Of a DNA stretch of 10,163 nucleotides, positions 6,939 to 10,163 are shown piece by piece. The position numbers and the translations under genes are program-made. Below the pieces are notes generated by a model. It did no database searches and had not been told where the DNA came from. It worked only from the letters and a program-made list of their open reading frames with translations. The first letter of the stretch is position 1. Every line of letters starts with the position of its first letter. The stretch is from Candidatus Thorarchaeota archaeon (lineage in GTDB: Archaea; Asgardarchaeota; Heimdallarchaeia; Hodarchaeales; Hodarchaeaceae), in the NCBI GenBank assembly GCA_048882505.1, contig JBHLRO010000042.1, positions 1-10,163 on the forward strand, given 5' to 3'.

Positions 6939-7739
6939 CTATTCTTCTTCTTCGTTGTCGTCGTCGTCTCCAAACTCGTCCTCATACTCATCTTCTTCCT
7001 GGTCTTCATCGGAGTCCTCAGGAATTTGGTCAAATCTACTCATTAAGGCATCACGTTGAATTTTGTAGATTTCGCCGATAGCATCCTTTGCCAATCCGAT
7101 GCCTTCGTACACCTCATCTACTGTAAGTTTTCCATCGCTCTGGAGGAGAGTGATTTCACCAGTTTTATGTACCATTGCAACGGGCATATCACCATCCCCT
7201 TCTTTGTCCTCTATATCTGATAGGTCAACCACTATTTTTTCTTCAACCTTTCCTACTGCACACCCTGTTATAAGGCCACGCATGGGGATACCTGCATCTG
7301 CTAATCCTAAAGAGGCGGCGGTAAGTGCAGCACATCTTGTTCCACCATCTGCGTCCAGAACAGTAACAAACAGATCTATCGTTCCATTAGGAAACTTTTC
7401 TAAAAAAAGTATCGATTCTAAGGATTCCTTAATGATTTTACTTAGTTCATATTCCCGTCGACGAGGTGCAGGGCTTTTTCGTTCCCCGACTGAAAACGTT
7501 GCCAGACGGTATTCCACTCGTACAATGGCTTTGTCTGGTTGTGCTAGGTGTTTGGGATGAAGCTCTCTGGGACCATACACTGCACATATGATTTTGTTGT
7601 TTCCCCAGGTCAGATAACAACTGCCATCTGCTCTATTGAGAACTCCAGTTTTCATCGTAATCGGCCTTAGTTCGTGTAACCCACGGCCATCTAAACGGTT
7701 TCCATCTGCCCGAAGGAGTGGTTTTTTGCCTTCATTCAT
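6939..7739 (-). CDS. rrp41: Exosome catalytic subunit Rrp41 (RNase PH fold), about 266 aa
   Basis: RLDGRG..ELRP, GVLNRADGSCYLTWGNNKI..AVYGPRE.HPKH, YRLATFSVGERK, DADGGTR phosphate-binding loop, and DLSDIED..GDGDMPVA (catalytic Asp present). Start at ATG7739 (AGTGA SD), which overlaps the rrp4 stop by 8 nt. Confidence 0.97.
   Translation of the reverse strand: MNEGKKPLLRADGNRLDGRGLHELRPITMKTGVLNRADGSCYLTWGNNKIICAVYGPRELHPKHLAQPDKAIVRVEYRLATFSVGERKSPAPRRREYELSKIIKESLESILFLEKFPNGTIDLFVTVLDADGGTRCAALTAASLGLADAGIPMRGLITGCAVGKVEEKIVVDLSDIEDKEGDGDMPVAMVHKTGEITLLQSDGKLTVDEVYEGIGLAKDAIGEIYKIQRDALMSRFDQIPEDSDEDQEEDEYEDEFGDDDDNEEEE
6942..7019 (-). repeat. Low-complexity GAR/GAY-rich tract encoding the acidic C-terminal tail of Rrp41
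   Basis: Encodes EDSDEDQEEDEYEDEFGDDDDNEEEE, with 20 of 26 residues D/E. The + strand shows (TCT/TCG/TCA)n runs. Confidence 0.85.
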
Positions 7740-8466
7740 TAGTATCACTTCTTTCCATGTCTCTTGACATCTCGGTTTCTAAAAAATCGTGAATTCTGTC
7801 TGTTAATCCAGTGGTATGCGCTTCTGCAGCTATTTTCTTGACAGCTCGTTCTAAAATCAGCTCGGTTCCAGTGTCATTCGCGGAAATTATGATTCTGCCA
7901 TTTTGACCAACCAGTAGTTTTCCCCCTGTCATATTCTTTAATAGCTGAATCATACTCCCTTTCTTCCCGATTATTCTAGGCACTTTAACTGGGGATACCT
8001 CTATCATTTTTCCACTAGTAATCTTCCGAAGACCTCTACCCAGCATTGTGAGCATGGGATCGCGGGTTCTATCGAAATACATGATTTCGGCCTTAATAAT
8101 ATCGCCAACTTGTAATATTCGATCTAAACTCTCTCTAAGAGAATCAAAATCACGTTCGATAACGTTTCCAACTCGAAGAGTCCCAACATAAGGGCCCCGA
8201 ATATCAACATTCCACGAAGTGATTCCTACACGGATGATTTTACCTATGACAATATCACCCTCTAAGGGTATGTATCCTCCTCTCTGGGGAACTATTTCTA
8301 CTCGATTTCTACGAATCTGTGCTAAACCTACCATCGAGGCGCACACTTCTATCATATCATTTCTCTTTCGACGGTAAACTCCCCCTCCTGCTTTCACATC
8401 TCCCCGACCTCGGGCCAAGACTTCACCCGGAATAACCAACTGGTTTCTACTTACCAAAATTTCCAT
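7732..8466 (-). CDS. rrp4: Exosome cap subunit Rrp4 (N-terminal, S1 and KH domains), 244 aa
   Basis: LVIPGEVL, YIP..GDIVIGKI..V..TSW.VDI.GPY (S1), VSPVKVPRIIGKKGSMI (KH GxxG), VGQNGRI. GGTGA SD at 8473-8477. Confidence 0.97.
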   Translation of the reverse strand: MEILVSRNQLVIPGEVLARGRGDVKAGGGVYRRKRNDMIEVCASMVGLAQIRRNRVEIVPQRGGYIPLEGDIVIGKIIRVGITSWNVDIRGPYVGTLRVGNVIERDFDSLRESLDRILQVGDIIKAEIMYFDRTRDPMLTMLGRGLRKITSGKMIEVSPVKVPRIIGKKGSMIQLLKNMTGGKLLVGQNGRIIISANDTGTELILERAVKKIAAEAHTTGLTDRIHDFLETEMSRDMERSDTNE

Positions 8467-8522
8467 ATTTATTCACCATTTCATCTTGAAATTTTTTAGT
8501 CTCATTTTAATCTAAATAACCG

Positions 8523-9263
8523 TTATAATCGAATTCTTTCTAATACCTTGATTTCAGATCTTCCTTTTGTCATACCTTGAATTTTCTCTATGAATTCCGC
8601 CTGAACTCCCGCTGCAACTGTAGCTACTGCTATCCAGGATCCATCTTTTTGCCATTCATCCGTTTCTATTTCCGCATCACGTTTTATCTCCCCATAGGCT
8701 TTTCCCGTAAATTCCGCTGGGATTTTTAACGCCAATTTTACTGTTTCCATACTAATGGGTAAAACCCGACGTAATTCCTGGATTATTTCTTTTAATTGAC
8801 TTTCAGCGGGCACGGCCGGATTGATCATTACTTTAGCTTCCTTCATAGCGTTTTCAATACGAGCTGGTGGATGAGGTGTACGTGTACTAGGATTGATGGT
8901 TGTACGAGCAAGTAACGTTACGATTCGTTTTCGCTTTTTCTCAAATAGTTCTTGTCTTTGCTCGGCGGTGAGGTTTAGCTCACCTCGCTCCATGATCTGG
9001 GTAACAATTTCAGTTATTTCAGTAGTTTCGAAACAATGTTGAAGAATATCATCAGGTGCTTTTTCTCCTTTGCTGGCATTTGTAAATACTTCGTCGTACT
9101 CCAATAGATCAAGAATTTTAAATTCCTGGTCATTTAACAACCCCATTTTATATTTCAGAGCTAATTCAGGGTTTACAATGATTTCAAATCGATTACCATG
9201 GAATTTAGCTCTAACCACCGTTTTACCAGTGAGATCTAGAGAAAAACGTTTTTCACGAAGCAT
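8523..9263 (-). CDS. sdo1: Ribosome maturation factor SBDS/Sdo1 (246 aa)
   Basis: GNRFEIIVNP, VFTNASKGEKA, GELNLTAEQR, INP.TRTPHPPARIENAMKEAKV.INP, LRRVLPI, WQKDGSW. GGAGG SD at 9272-9276 inside the psmA 3' end. Confidence 0.97.
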   Translation of the reverse strand: MLREKRFSLDLTGKTVVRAKFHGNRFEIIVNPELALKYKMGLLNDQEFKILDLLEYDEVFTNASKGEKAPDDILQHCFETTEITEIVTQIMERGELNLTAEQRQELFEKKRKRIVTLLARTTINPSTRTPHPPARIENAMKEAKVMINPAVPAESQLKEIIQELRRVLPISMETVKLALKIPAEFTGKAYGEIKRDAEIETDEWQKDGSWIAVATVAAGVQAEFIEKIQGMTKGRSEIKVLERIRL

Positions 9264-9266
9264 CTT

Positions 9267-9998
9267 TCAAGCCTCCTTCATTTTGTTGAGAAGTTTTGCA
9301 ATATCCTCTCTTTCCAGATATCTGAGGGTTTTTGTCGATTCATCAATAATCCCGATCTCGACAAGGTCCGCGCTAAGAGGGCCTTCTGATACCTGGGTTA
9401 ACGCTCGTAGGGCTGACGTGCTTCCCTCTTCAACTGTATTTGCTACCTGCTGATATTCATTTTCAAGATACTCTATTATGGATGGAGCGTTGCTGCCGAT
9501 AGCCGCAGCCCGATATCCCCAATAACTTCCACTGGGTTCAGTCATGAAAACCTGAGGGCCCCGAATTTCATCACACCCTGCAATCAACATGGAAACACCG
9601 AAGGGCCGAACTCCTGCATGTTGCGTGTACATTTGTTTCAAATCTGCAATTCGTCGGGTCAAACCTTCAACCGAAATTTTCTCAGAGTATGTAATTCTAT
9701 GTATTTGGGCTTGAATTCGAGCCTGGTTGACTAATATACGAGCATCTGCTGTTAGACCTGCAATGGCAACCGCCAAATGACCATCGATAGCATATATTTT
9801 CTTTACCATTTCGGGTTCAATTAGTGACGAATGAAACCGCTTTTGGACGATCAAACAACACCCTCCATATGTTTTTACTCCAATGGCAGTGGTTCCACGC
9901 TTAACAGCCTCAATAGCGTACTCTACTTGAAACAAACGTCCATCAGGACTGAAAATCGTCGAACCACGGTCATATCCCAAGCCTTTAGGGGCGAACAA
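9267..9998 (-). CDS. psmA: 20S proteasome alpha subunit (243 aa), TTG start
   Basis: GYDR..TIFSPDGRLFQVEYAIEAVKRG.TAIG, KKIYAIDGH, AGLTADAR, YTQHAGVRPFGVSMLIAG, EPSG, A.AIG. GGTGG SD (10006-10010) lies 7 nt before TTG9998. Confidence 0.98.
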   Translation of the reverse strand: MFAPKGLGYDRGSTIFSPDGRLFQVEYAIEAVKRGTTAIGVKTYGGCCLIVQKRFHSSLIEPEMVKKIYAIDGHLAVAIAGLTADARILVNQARIQAQIHRITYSEKISVEGLTRRIADLKQMYTQHAGVRPFGVSMLIAGCDEIRGPQVFMTEPSGSYWGYRAAAIGSNAPSIIEYLENEYQQVANTVEEGSTSALRALTQVSEGPLSADLVEIGIIDESTKTLRYLEREDIAKLLNKMKEA

Positions 9999-10027
9999 TG
10001 CATTTCCACCAGATAGAAAACAATAAT

Positions 10028-10052
10028 CTTATAAAGAAGCCATTATATCAAT
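10028..10052 (-). promoter_or_regulatory. Candidate TATA-containing promoter for the psmA superoperon
   Basis: On the - strand, TTTATAAG (10035-10028) and TTGATATAAT (10051-10042) lie in an AT-rich non-coding stretch upstream of psmA. There is no clear purine-rich BRE, so I cannot tell which one, if either, is used. Confidence 0.35.
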
Positions 10053-10163
10053 AATTAATCAAAATATCTTGATGGATCAAAAATAAACTCCAAAATCTCA
10101 TGTCCACTATCGGTCTCGGACAAACGGGGAAAAGAATAAAACAATTGGGGAAACCAAGCTTTT

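Noticed and set aside
6094-7560. Nearly continuous + strand antisense ORF chain (6094-6504, 6505-7059, 7099-7560) opposite rrp42/rrp41
   Set aside because: In this antisense frame, stops arise only opposite Tyr/His/Gln codons in a particular context, so long open stretches are expected. The poly-Ser run simply mirrors the Rrp41 acidic tail.
5752-9269. Several in-frame gene junctions (psmA TGA-AAG-ATG sdo1; rpl37ae TAA-GGT-ATG Brix; rrp41 TAG rrp42) suggesting systematic readthrough or selenocysteine
   Set aside because: Three of ten junctions in frame is what chance predicts. Three different stop codons are involved, SD motifs support reinitiation, and I saw no SECIS-like element.
3948-10016. 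Small opposite-strand or alternate-frame ORFs 3948-4181, 4967-5161, 5945-6136, 9070-9453 and 9831-10016
   Set aside because: They lie almost entirely within confidently identified genes and have no motifs or SD support.
10101-10122. Inverted repeat TGTCC-N12-GGACA
   Set aside because: Only a 5-bp stem, a single occurrence, and no supporting context.
1-10163. tRNA, rRNA, C/D-box sRNA, CRISPR array, IS/transposase or integrase
   Set aside because: All spacers are 200 nt or shorter. I found no cloverleaf, no C-box/D-box pair, no periodic repeats, no terminal inverted repeats, and every real CDS is housekeeping.

Overview
Core archaeal housekeeping DNA from the TACK/Asgard side of the tree. Asgard is my best guess from protein style and gene order, and it is unverified. 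Two gene clusters converge head-to-head. On the + strand: the 3' end of a DUF1610/HVO_2753-like Zn-ribbon gene (missed by the ORF track), elongation factor 1-beta (true start 168, not 57), a full Cdc48/VCP double-AAA+ ATPase, and an 89-aa uncharacterised winged-helix-like protein. On the - strand: the conserved proteasome-exosome superoperon, psmA - SBDS/Sdo1 - rrp4 - rrp41 - rrp42 - rpl37ae - Brix/Imp4 - pcc1 - pfdB - DUF3194-like - TtuA/NcsA tRNA thiolase. I see no mobile elements, CRISPR arrays or RNA genes, and all other ORFs in the track look like shadows. I cannot support a wholly new system. The best leads are the small Cdc48-coupled wH protein, the p97-like 'LFG' tail of Cdc48 encoded near psmA, the unusual C-terminal tails of Rrp41 and Rrp42 (separated only by an in-frame TAG), a vicinal-Cys variant of the TtuA Zn finger, and a phased ATCAA/TTGAT array upstream of psmA.
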